Shown here: positions 46,131 to 57,979 of the stretch, piece after piece
Layout: each line of letters begins with the position of its first letter
How positions within the stretch are numbered: the stretch's first letter is position 1
Source of the DNA: Chrysomallon squamiferum
Lineage: Eukaryota; Animalia; Mollusca
Length of the DNA stretch: 64,000 bases
Assembly (NCBI GenBank): GCA_012295275.1
Contig: CM022671.1
Coordinates: 1,674,001-1,738,000, forward strand
Direction: 5' to 3'
The notes under the pieces: model-generated
Databases searched by the model: none
Told to the model about the DNA's origin: nothing
Seen by the model: only the letters and a program-made list of their open reading frames with translations
Translations under genes and position numbers: made by a program

Positions 46131-48487
46131 CATCACCATCACCATCACCATCACCACCATCACCATCACAATCACCATCACCATCATTATTATTACAGTA
46201 CTGAGACAGACAATTAAAGATTCAGATGTAAAGATGATTATAATTATCATTATCAATCGATAAATCACTTTTCTCCACATGATACTTATCGACAAATCGA
46301 CCTTTAACGATATGCACTATTTTGGCGGGGCATTTTGGCGGTTTTGTTTTTCCCCCTTTCATTTCTGGAGATATAATTGTACGAAATCCTTTTGTTTTAT
46401 TTATTTATTTATTTAATTACTTTTGTATTATATTATAGTTTTTGGCACCCACAATAAAAACAGTTTTAATATATTTGCAAACCAGGTTAAAATTATTTTC
46501 TATATTTGTCTTCTAGTGCAGCATTACTTTGACAAAAAGTTTATATCGTATCAATTCTTATCATATCGTGAGGCAGATATTGCTAAAGGTATCGAACTGT
46601 AACCCTGATTTATCATTACACCTACACATTCACACACATGCACGCGATAAAATACTCTGTATTATTTACAGTATTACCTTTTTATTTTTTTAACCTTTAT
46701 ACAGTGACAAAGAAAGAAAGAAAGAAATTTTATGTATTTTTTGTTGACCACAATTTTACTTACTTCAATTTAGCCTTAAACAAAAAAACAAATAATCATT
46801 AAAAAGTTCATAAATTTTCATCAACATAACCCTTCCTGACTGGCATGTCAGATAACAAATAAAATCTACCCGCTAAGATTTTCTACTTTATTACAACATT
46901 CAGCTAGCCATCTGTGTGCGACTTATTACAACTAGCCATGTGTGTGTGTGTGTGTGTGTGTGGATGCGTGCAGTTATGTGCGCTCGCCTACAAATGGTGG
47001 TGCGGGTGCGGCGCGTTTTTTTTTTATCATCAGCATGAAAGAGAGAATTTAATTACGTATCTATAAAATTAAGAGACGTCATTACTAACATTTTATTTTT
47101 GATCTGAGTAACAACAATAGTTCAGGAATATATATATATATATATATAAACATTTTTAAAAATAATAAAAATTAAGCACAAACTGGTCTACGGCATGGTG
47201 GTAAACAGGATCAGTACTCGTCTGTGCACAACTGGGTCGTTTTGGTTTGTCAACTGGTAAGATAATGAGCCTGGAGAAGCAACAGTTGATTTCCTCTTTT
47301 ATATCGTGGTCAGTATATCAACATCATCTTCGACACAAAAAGTAAGTTAACATTTAACGTGTTTATAAAGATTTTATTTCGCTGATTAATAATACTGTGT
47401 TTTGTTTTATTCGTTTTGGTTTTCTCTGGTTTGAAACAAATACACCGGTAAACTAATACAGATCTGTGAATCACGGATCAAATGTACAAATGAATGAATG
47501 AATGAATGAATGGATGAATGAATAAACGAAAGAAAAAAAAAACACGAATGTTTTCTGTCGTTAACTGATTCAAGTAAATATGGATTCAGTGAAAGCTTTC
47601 TGCTGACTGGTTTGACAAGCAGCTCTAACAAACAGGACTAGAATGTCAACGTGATCGTAAACTCTGTTCAGAATGATTTGTAATACCTTGAGTATATATA
47701 TATACAGATATGTGGAGACATATATAGATACACGAAATATATATATAAATTTAACGTATAATAATAATAATAATAAATAATAAATAATAATAATAATAAA
47801 TAAATAAAATAATTAATAAATAAATAAATAATTTGGAGGATGGTGGTAATAATTCTTGATAATAATTACAACTGAGATTTCACATAAACAAATCAACGCA
47901 ACATGTTCAGTGTTAACTCGGTGATCCTCTCCATGTCGTACGTCTTGAAAACCCGGACATTCGGCGCCATGTTCATCAGTCCTCTGTGGTCAGCCACGAT
48001 TTGTCCACGCGTCAGCTGACCGTTCAGCTCAATCACAGCGTACAGATCTACAGACGTCGTGACGATGCTGTAGTCCACCACAGCAGCCACAGCAACGAGG
48101 TCGCAAGGCCTGAAACCCAGTTCTCGTTTACGCGAGTTTTTGATGCACTTGGTGAATATCTTGCCAATGAAGGCAGATTTCCTTGTTCCCATGTTAATGA
48201 ATTTGTCGTACATGTCCTGAAAGTAATGATCACGTCTGTTTAAATTGTGCAAATAACGGAAGCGATCACGTCAGCAGTGTGTTAAATAGTCAAACAAATT
48301 TGAAAATAGGTTGTGAGGATTTTTATTTGTGTTCTCGGAACACTAAGATTGTGTTTTAAGAGACTTAAAATAGTAACAGACTAAGGAGTATTTAAATGTT
48401 GAACGGCGCGCGTTATTTTAGGTCTCGTTTATGGGAACTTAGTTTAATCATTTGATCTGGTCCCAGCAGTTTCAGATTTTTATTTAC

Positions 48488-48544
<57 letters not shown>

Positions 48545-48741
48545 TTAAATTGTTGCATTGAGTTATATTGGGTGTTATTTCGATATATTTAAATAAAATT
48601 ATTTTGTTCTCCCACGTTTCATTTTTTAGAAAATGGAATAAAAATACATAATAAAAATTACTAAAATTTAGTATCATTAAAGCTTAAAAGACTGATGATG
48701 ATATATATTTTTGAATAATAATAATCATAATAATAATCATA

Positions 48742-48825
<84 letters not shown>

Positions 48826-49529
48826 CAACTTTTTCTAAATACTAATATTGAAAATATCGGGGCAAAAAGGTCACTAAAAAATATTTACGGAGTTCAAAAG
48901 TTCATACCCATGGAAACGCATTTGGGCCGACAACGGTTTCCCAGGGAGAGAGGTGGACGAGTTTGTGCAGATCCCTCAGACAGATGTCCACACTCTCGGG
49001 ATCAATGACAAAGTTAAACTCGGCAGCTCTCGTCACGTTTCCGTGTCCTGGAACAAAAACATTTCGTTGAGCGAGCAGTTAGAAAAAGCGCAGTTAGAAA
49101 AAAGCGCAGTTAGAAAAAGCGCAGTTAGAAAAAAGCGCAGTTAGAAAAAGCGCAGTTAGAAAATGGTTTTCAGGATGGACTGAGATCGTCGAAAGCGTAG
49201 CGGTTTCCTGTGGGGATAAGGAACAGAAAGAAACAATGGCTATGTCAAAGAATAAGATAAAAGAAAATAGAGATGTAAGTATAAATATATGAATGAATCT
49301 ATCTTCATTCAATGGATCAATGGATCTATGGATGAATACATGAATGGATGAATGAATGGATGAATGCATGAATGGATGAATGGATGAATGGATGGATGGA
49401 TGGATGGATGAATGGATGAATGAATGAATGGGTGGATAGCTTTTTTATTAAGTTTTGTTCTGTTGTTTTATTTTTATTTATTTTATTATTTATTTTTATT
49501 CTTTTTTATTATTATTATTATTATTATAT

Positions 49530-49563
<34 letters not shown>

Positions 49564-51446
49564 TGCTAAAACTCACGTTTTACAGATGCGACCATTTTAA
49601 AACATCAGCATTTGGCTTATATTTACTAAAGAAAATAAAAATTAAAAAAATACCTTCGCCGAACTGAATATTATTTTCCGCTGCCGCCTGGTTTATCCGC
49701 TGTGCGGGAAGTTCTGCGGTTACAGTGCGGTTTGGTTACGAACGTAACATAAGAATTATGTGCGCGCATATTCATTAACGTCAGAATCAGTACATTCGTG
49801 CGTGTGTAAACAACTCTTAAAATAAGAAATACTTCAATCTGTAACCTTTCTGAGATACCAGTCAGGAAAAAAAAATCAAAAATAAAAGTTTTCAACATAT
49901 ATATATATATATATTTATTTATTTTTTTTAAATTTTGGTATCATCACTTCTGTCACTATATTATTCGGTTTATTTTCACATATTATATATTTTAATTTTA
50001 TTTATATTTTATTTTCATTTGATAATAGATCAATATAACCATTTATTCGTTCATTCGGTTAATTCATTCTATTCGTTCTTATTTGATAACAACTAAACAA
50101 TTCATTCGTTCCTTTTACTCGTTCTTTTCACTTATTCATTCCTTCTATTCATGAATTCTAATCATTCAATCTATTCTGCTTTATTCTCCTTATTTCATAA
50201 AGAAGTTGAACGAACCCAAGCAAAGACGGTTTTCAAGCAAACTTCATACGGTAGAACAGTGATGAGTTTTAGTTCATTTAAAATTATATGAGCTGCCTCG
50301 GGGTCACAGTAAAAGTTATGTTCCGCCGCCAGGGAAACCCTTCCCTTGCCTGGAATTAAGAAATAACAAACAGTGCACATTTTTAATGCTATAATCATCA
50401 CGTTTTAAATCTGGGCTAACACCTAAATGCTGCATACGACAATACCAGAGTACATTCAGAGAGGGAGAGAGAGAGAGAAAGGGAAAAAGAGAAGCAAGAA
50501 GGAAGAGGGAGAGGTACAGGGAGAAATAGAGAGAGATAAATATTATTACGATTCTACATCGAAGCCAATTCTTTTTTTTCTTTTTCTGTTATTGTTATTT
50601 TTTTCTTGTTTGTCTCTTCATAAAGAAGTTCATTTCAGTTATTTGCTACATTTCACAATTATTTTATCTCCATGATGATATCTCCATTTCTGAAATGATG
50701 GATCAGTGCCCTAGGGGTATTCACCGTAGCCTAAAACTAAGTAATTTATTATAACTCGTGAAAATAAATTTCACCTACTGAACGTAACCTATCTATAACT
50801 GACACTGTGACGCACATTCTTTCAGAGTACAAGTATAAATATTAATCACGTTTCTGACAATTATATTAAATGAACAATGTTAAAACTGCCGGGGGTCAGT
50901 CGTGTACAGAGATAATATAAAGATAAGAAGAGTTTAACGAAATTTAAAAACTAGCTGTAAATACTGGCCCAAATGAAATGTCGAGATCGACCTTTACCAA
51001 TACCCTGATCACTCAATTTAAACTAGTTAATTTTTGATACTTAAGACACAATTTTCAAATTGTTTTTGCATAATTAACATATAGGCCTATATTCACCAAA
51101 ATTGATAATAATAATAATTATTCTTCATATCACTGGATTCGACAGTTATTATAGAAATAAAGCTTCAGTGGTTGGAAGTGGCAAATTATAGTAGCTAAAT
51201 AAAACAGATATATGATCACTAACTTACCTTCAGTATTTCCACCCATTACAAAAACCTCTTTCAGTTTGTCGCCAAATTTTGGATCAAGACGTATTGCCAA
51301 AGCAATATTTGTCATCGGACCCAAAACGACAAGAGTTATCTCCCCTGAATCAAAATAGAATAAAATGTTCGAGGACATTAAAGTTATCTGGAATAGACTG
51401 GTCCCTGTCCTTAACTGACGTTCATAACAATGACTACAACAATTCC

Positions 51447-51481
<35 letters not shown>

Positions 51482-51497
51482 GAACAGTAACAGTAGC

Positions 51498-51529
<32 letters not shown>

Positions 51530-52554
51530 CAGTAACAGTAGCAATAATAACAATAATAACGTATTCTTCTTCATCATCTTCTTCTTATTATTATTATTAT
51601 CATCATCAACAATGTCTACCATCAGTTAAACGAAAGGAAACAAGTTTGAGAAAATGCTGATCCCGGAAACAAAGAGGCTAAGAAGAGGTCTACCTGCAAA
51701 CTGGTTAACCAGTCGAATCAAGGCTAGAACGGCGTGCTCTTTTTGAATTCTGTTCATGTCTATCTGCTCTGACCACTCACAGTCGCCCAGTCCATCGTGT
51801 CCGTAATAGTGACCGTGTTCCATCTGCGAGAGCAATGGCTTCTCAGCTCCTCTGAAAACTGGAATCTGAAATCAGAACACTTATAATTTATACATTTATG
51901 TACAAAACACTGGCATGCAGTCACAAGAATTACCTCTTACTTCGACAGTTACAAAGCTTAAAATACTTTTGTTTATTATTTATAAAATTATATCTAGTTC
52001 AGTTCCCAGTTAATAATTTCTTTTTCCCTATTATTCTGTTCTCTCCGTTCCTTATAACAAATAATCTGATTCAGTTCTCTCTCTCCTTTCCCTCCTCTCA
52101 GCCTCCCTTTCCTCATATGCCTCTCTCACCCTTCTTCTGCCACACACACACTCACACTCTCTCACACTCTCACACTCACACTCTCACACTCTCACACTCT
52201 CTCACATTCTCTCACATTCTCACTAGCACTCACTCACTCACACTCTCTCACACTCTCTCACACTCTCACACACTCTCACACTCTCACACTCTCTCACACT
52301 CTCACACTCTCTCACACTCTCTCACACTCACACTCTCTCACACACTCTCTCACACTCATATATATATAACTTACGTCCGACTTGCCGCACACATCTAGAA
52401 CTCTCAACGTATTTCTGCAGACGTTGTCCACGGTGGTGTTTCCATTTACGCACGTGATGGCCAGCACTTCCATGTCTGGATGCTGTACTGCCAACATGAT
52501 CGCCAGAGCATCGTCATTACCAGTGTCCACGTCAATGATGAGTTTCTTACGCAT
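45713..52554 (-). CDS. Nucleoside hydrolase (inosine-uridine-preferring/IUNH family), 308-311 aa depending on exon choice
   Basis: Shared exons 52554-52375 (MRKKLIIDVDTGNDDALAI: DxDxxxDD Ca2+ motif; CVNGNT), 51865-51694 (IPVFRGA..GHDGLGD), 51344-51228 (LGPMTNIALA..MGG). Then exon 4a 50349-50216 or 4b 49047-48908, then terminal exon 5a 48216-47893 or 5b 46039-45713. A probable non-coding 5' exon ends at the GTAAGT donor near 53148. Confidence 0.92.
47893..48216 (-). CDS. Nucleoside hydrolase alternative terminal exon 5a
   Basis: tttcag|GAC, phase 0; DMYDKFI..GFRPCDLVAVAAV..ELNGQLTRGQIVADHRG..LNMLR*. Confidence 0.9.
   Translation of the reverse strand, partial: DMYDKFINMGTRKSAFIGKIFTKCIKNSRKRELGFRPCDLVAVAAVVDYSIVTTSVDLYAVIELNGQLTRGQIVADHRGLMNMAPNVRVFKTYDMERITELTLNMLR
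48908..49047 (-). CDS. Nucleoside hydrolase alternative exon 4b
   Basis: ttccag|GA..TGG|gtatga; 140 nt, phase 1->0; GHGNVTRAAEFNFVIDPESVDICLRDLHKLVHLSPWETVVGPNAFPW, with the family motif GNV..AEFNF..DPE. Not in the ORF track. Confidence 0.9.
49075..49163 (-). repeat. Six tandem 15/16-nt units (T5-6CTAACTGCGC on the gene strand) just upstream of the exon 4b acceptor
   Basis: GCAGTTAGAAAA at 49075, 49090, 49106, 49121, 49137, 49152. Confidence 0.95.
50216..50349 (-). CDS. Nucleoside hydrolase alternative exon 4a
   Basis: ccag|GC..TGG|gttcgt; 134 nt, phase 1->0; GKGRVSLAAEHNFYCDPEAAHIILNELKLITVLPYEVCLKTVFAW. Confidence 0.88.
52140..52358. repeat. Compound (CT)/(CA) low-complexity repeat
   Basis: Degenerate CTCTCACA units in the nucleoside hydrolase intron after the first coding exon. 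Confidence 0.9.
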
Positions 52555-54830
52555 TGTGTTTACCTGTGAAAGGAACGACAACCGTTCTCTTTGTTCTTAT
52601 TATAAATGTCTAGAAGGATGTATTTATCTTACTTTAATAATATATTTAAGAAAAAAAAATTCTTATCTTCTTCTATTTTTTTTTTTTTAATTATTTTATA
52701 AAAATATTGACATAATTTTTTAATGTTTCTGTTGGATAATAGCAAAAACAATCACGCAAAAACATTAACAAACTTATTTTTAACATTTACGAGTCGAAAA
52801 AAAATTCTGATGAAAATGGTGCCAAAATGCATGCATAATGAGACTATTATTACCTTCAAATAAATTTATTTATTTATTATTAAGTAATAAATATGATTCC
52901 TCAGATATCGCCGTCATAAACTTTTGACTATAATATTTTACTTTGTCGTTCTTTATAAATCCTCCTTTGAATAATCACAATTAAAATGTACTTCGCACAT
53001 TATCTTCACGCAAAAATGAACTGAAAATTATTTCTACTTATAACACTTTCTTTGTCAGCCTATAACAACCACTACTAATATTACTACAAACGAAAGTACC
53101 ACGTTTTTAAATTTATATAACTTTTTATAAAGAATCATCAAAACTTACTTTCTGTATCTGAACCAATTTCAGCAACTGCAACAAGTGCTACTACGATTAC
53201 TAAAACTACAACAGCTTCTAACACCAAAAGGAAAAAACACAACTATACGCCTTACAACGAACTGTATAAAAGATCTTTCAGACTTAGCTTTTCGACTACC
53301 TAAAGCACTACTAGCTTCCTCGGATTAATAGCTCAGAACCATCATCAGTAACACAAAAAGGTAAAATACTATTTATTCCAAACACAGCTGTCACTGTGAT
53401 TACCATAATCTACATTTGTATGGCATAAACCATGTAATTATACACTGCATAAGATGGAAATAATAATACAGCTTGGGTCCATAACAAAAGCACGCCAAAA
53501 ATGCAACCGCACGATCTCGTGCTCAGACGAATGAAAGCCTTATAAATAATTAAATTACATGATGACGACTTAATTGCTCATTTAACTGATATAAATATAC
53601 ACATCTCCAGTTTGCCATAATTACAATTACTAAAGTGATTGAAAACAACGGCAAAAACTACAGCAATAACGTAATATTAATAATAACTCCTGTAATTTTT
53701 GTTTTCCTTAGCAGATTAGCGACTTTTATAATAATAACAAAACGCATCATTTTCTCAAAGAAAAATGTCACAAAGAGATAAAAATGTAAATATAATAAAC
53801 TAATTAATGGAGATGTTTTCTGCTGTTGTCTGGCACTGATCCAAGTGTTTTCAGAATTCCTCTACTCCACAGTTTGGCACTCTGTTAGTGCATTTCATTC
53901 GTGTGAACTTTTAAAACCATTTTCATTTTCACAAAATATTTAGTATAATATATGCATGCAAGTGGATATCTACGGAAAATAGCGCCTATGGCAACCTCTG
54001 AAATTACAGCCGCGACCAGACATCTGATACACACGTTTTACATAACTTTACAGTGAATTGAGTAATAGAAACTGCTAATTACCGTCATCGAACTACCTAA
54101 GACTCGTCACTGCATAATGTCCGAAATCCCTTAAACGATGTGTCGCGATTCAGCAAACCACTGGTCCGGTTTGGCTCAGTGGCGTGCAGAGTTCTGGTGA
54201 TGTTCGGGGGCAACTCCTTGATTGTCTGCCCCAAAGATTCAGGAGTCAGGTGACAACTTTTAGTAAACACTTCATATTAATTATTACAATTGACATGATA
54301 AAGTTTTAATTTAAAGGTAATGAAAAGTAAGTCTTTCTTATTTTGAAATTTTATTTGACATAAACAGTTAAAATGAAATACTGTATTGTCAATTATTAAA
54401 AACTGATAATTTAAATAAACTTACAGGTTTTTTTCCCGTTACATTTGAAAACAGTTTTTATATTAATTCAATTAGTTGTCGGAAGTCATGAAACGGAAAT
54501 AACAAATGAAGGGAGTTGTACGATATAAAATAATGTATTAGAAACGCAACTGTTCTTGTAATTATTTACGGATATTGAAATATATTTGTTAAATTAAGAC
54601 ATTTTACATCAATTCTGAAAATAATCATTAATGTTTCTTTTCAGATAATTTACAGGATAGATTTTGAAAATATTGTACAATGAACGGCCCCTAAAGGAAC
54701 ACTAAACGTTGCAGGTGCGTTCCGCCATTTGATAAACATTGTATTTCTTTGTGAAAATCCATTGCATCCTAAAAGATTTATTGTAAAGATTGTTCTATTT
54801 AGCTCAAAATTAGTACATTTGGTTATCAAT

Positions 54831-57800
54831 ATGTCAATTGGTGTGCCAATTAAAGTCCTGCACGAAGCAGAAGGACACATTATTACTTGTGAAACGACTA
54901 CGGGAGAAGTGTATCGCGGGAAGCTTGTCGAAGCAGAAGATAATATGAATTGTCAAATGGCTAGCATTACGTGTACAGGTAGGGACGGCAGTGTATCACA
55001 ACTGGAAAATGTTTATATTAGAGGCAGCAAAATCAGATTTTTAATATTACCAGACATGCTTAAAAATGCACCTATGTTCAGAAAAGTTGGTGGAAGTAGA
55101 GGTGGTGGTGGAGCAGGAAGAGGGAAATCAGCAATTCTTCGAGCCCAAGGTATTTTTATTTATTTGTTTTATCATAATTACACATAACATTAAATATAGG
55201 TGTGTCAGTATGTGATAAAAGTTTCAACAATAAAATTCGCTAGAATTTGTCCTGAATAATTTTTGGAGAAACTGAACCGTTTCAGTCCTTTAACAACATA
55301 AACACTGAATATATCATATACTATATAATATATTTAGTATATAGTTTCAAATGAATATACATGTATTATATGTCAAAATGAAGTTTTTGATGAGTTCTAT
55401 AGCTATGAAGTATTTTAAGCATGTTCTTAACACTTTGTGACATTGGGCCTTTTGAATATTAATTAGTTGCACTAATTAGTTCAAATGTACCTTACTTCTG
55501 TTTTACTCAAAAACTCGATAGAAACCGAACCAGTATACAAAAATATCATTTTTCAAGCATTTTGCTAACATTGTCCTTTTTTTAAAACTTAAGTACTTAA
55601 TAACATTAACTGGCCTTAATCTGCTGTATGACCTTATACAGATTTCATAATTATGTATGACCTTTCTTCGTAATTAACATTATTATAGAAAGAAGGTATC
55701 TAAAACTGCATTAACTTAGGCATATGATCTACATGATCTAGTGATCTACACCAAGCAAATTCTTCTTTGGTGTGTGATCTTTTTTTTTTATTCTTTTTTT
55801 TTTATTCTTGGTTTTTTATTCTTTTTCACAGCATAAATGAAATAAATTATAAGAACAAGGGCTAAAAAGTATTCAAATTTGAATAGTTTTCCTTCATTTC
55901 TCCACTGCAACAGTGACATGGTGGAACACTTTCTTCATCATCTATAAGGCCATTTCTTCATAATTTTTATTTAGCCAACATCTTAATCGAAAGTCTTACT
56001 TTCTACTGGATGGCTTTAAAGGACTGCCAAAGCACGCATAATCCCTCTGAAACATAAAAATCAGCAGAGCCAATTCACCCTTTCTCATCCACATCAAGAA
56101 CTTGAGGATGTGTCTGCCACATGATGTAGTGGAGACCATGTTGTCTATGGCCCACTATTATTCAGTTCCTTGTGGTGGGTTAAGGATGTATTGTTACCAT
56201 GTCTAGTGCTCAGATGCCTTGCCGGTTTCATGATCACATCAGATGTAACTGAAGGCTGCTGTAGATGTGAAAACATTGTGCCTTCCTATGATGTCCTGCA
56301 AAATGTTTCCTGCCTCTAGCAGGATAAATTAAACCAATTGGACATTTCAAAATTTCCCCTGCAGCAAACAGTTGCCACAACACCCATGAAGATTTGAATA
56401 CAGAAGAAGTTTCCACAGAAAGTTATCATTAGAAATATTAGAAAATCCACCAGAAGCTGCTCAGCCTGGAAGGAAATTCTTCAAAGAAGCACTTTCTGTC
56501 ACTGGCAGTTTCTAATTGTTTTTGTATTTTTTTTTTTTTGGCCTGGTGGTTTGTTCAGATTTAGTAATGTGCCAATTTATCTTTTTACTAGTAGGTTTTG
56601 ATGATTGGCATTCACTGGATGTGAATTACAAACAAGGTTTGCAGTGACATGTAGCCCTTGTTACCTTTAGTTTTAAGCCATGGTGAAATATGCTATTGTC
56701 ACATATTCTTCCTTAACAAGGAAAAATGATATCTTTTTCTGACAGCACACTCAGTTGAGTTGTAATTTCTTCTGACAAAAGCTGTAAAGATCTGAAGCAT
56801 TTCTGATAGTGGCCTTGTGAGTTTCAGTTACCCTTTTTGAAGCATTTTCTATGGTACCACCATGAGATTCACTGATATTTTTTCCATGAAGGCATCTAAA
56901 GTAATAGTGTCCTGTATATGTATCATTTGCTATATTCTGGAAATAATAAGGCAGTTTTGATTTGTACCATCCACTGCATCTTTTACAATTCAAGTTGATT
57001 TTATTTTTCAAGTGCTCTGTTACCTTTGTTTTGATCCAGACTATTGAAAAAAACCCACTATGCTGTCAGTGCTCAATCATGGTTCAAACTTTTTCAATTT
57101 TGTCCAGTCATTAAAAACATTTGGGATTTCTCCAAACTGCCATCTCAGCATCTGTATCAACTTTGTCAATAAGACGTTTATCAATTGACTTAATTTTATT
57201 GGTGTTTTCATTTTCATTTCTGGTGTACAATCAGTTTTCTCTTCTCCAGAGCAGCAGTTCCTTCATCTGGTCTAATCACATTCTTGTCACTTGAAATGTC
57301 CAAGAACCAAGTCTGTTATATAAAATAATATGATTGTCTGTCTATAAAATTGGTATGTAGATATAGAAAAGTCTGCTCAAGTCATGTATATGTTTCATTT
57401 TGTTTGACCTTCCTTTCTGGGTGTCTCAGAGGTCTCACCTCATCTCAGTGAATGTGATAAGAAATTGACTTAAAATGTACACATCTAGATCAGTGGTCAA
57501 TGAGGATATAGTCTTGTAGGTGTTTTTTCTTTTCATGTTTTTCATTATTTTTTTTTTTGTTTTCTTATTTTTTTTCTTTTTCTTAAAATATTACAAATAT
57601 GGGCTATGTTATTATTAATTTATGTTTGTATAGGTTTTTTTCCAGCACAGGAAATGTTATTTTCCTTTACATTTTCAAAATTAAACTGATCCACTAGTGT
57701 TTTATTCCTACAGATTAATATTTCACATTGTTATTTTTTATTTTTTATATTTTTTATATTAATCATAGCAGTAAACATTAAAATGTTTTATTACTATGTT

Positions 57801-57979
57801 TATTTTTCATTAATTTATTATTCTTTGTTTTTTACTAATTAATTATTATTATTTTTGTTTTTCATTAATTTATGATTCTTTGTTTTTCACTAATTTATTA
57901 TTTTTCCTTTTTTTCAGCTGCAAGAGGCAGAGGTCGTTCGGGTGGAGGAAGAGGAAATGTTTTCCAGAGAAGACGTTGA
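54831..57979 (+). CDS. SNRPD3: Small nuclear ribonucleoprotein Sm D3, 126 aa
   Basis: Exon 54831-55149 ([56 protein letters not shown]) plus exon 57918-57979 ([20 protein letters not shown]); Sm fold and RG tail; AATAAA near 58198. Confidence 0.97.
56700..57060 (-). mobile_element. Fossil DDE transposase fragment (Sola2-like) in the SmD3 intron
   Basis: ORF 56751-57011 contains [35 protein letters not shown], a decayed version of DGCxxQYK..FF..HGK..DG.GG. The superfamily assignment is from memory of the motif. Confidence 0.5.

Noticed and set aside
46040-47892. Second nucleoside hydrolase gene or a third exon 4 between exons 5a and 5b
   Set aside because: No DxDxxxDD, GPxTN or AEFN-like coding segment seen; the candidate acceptor near 47271 gives no NH-like frame.
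48953-49144. Plus-strand 63-aa ORF
   Set aside because: Antisense shadow of exon 4b plus the tandem repeat.
54729-54830. N-terminal extension of SmD3 in the ORF track
   Set aside because: Begins at a non-ATG codon; the conserved protein starts MSIGVP at 54831, and the ORF tail past 55149 is intron.
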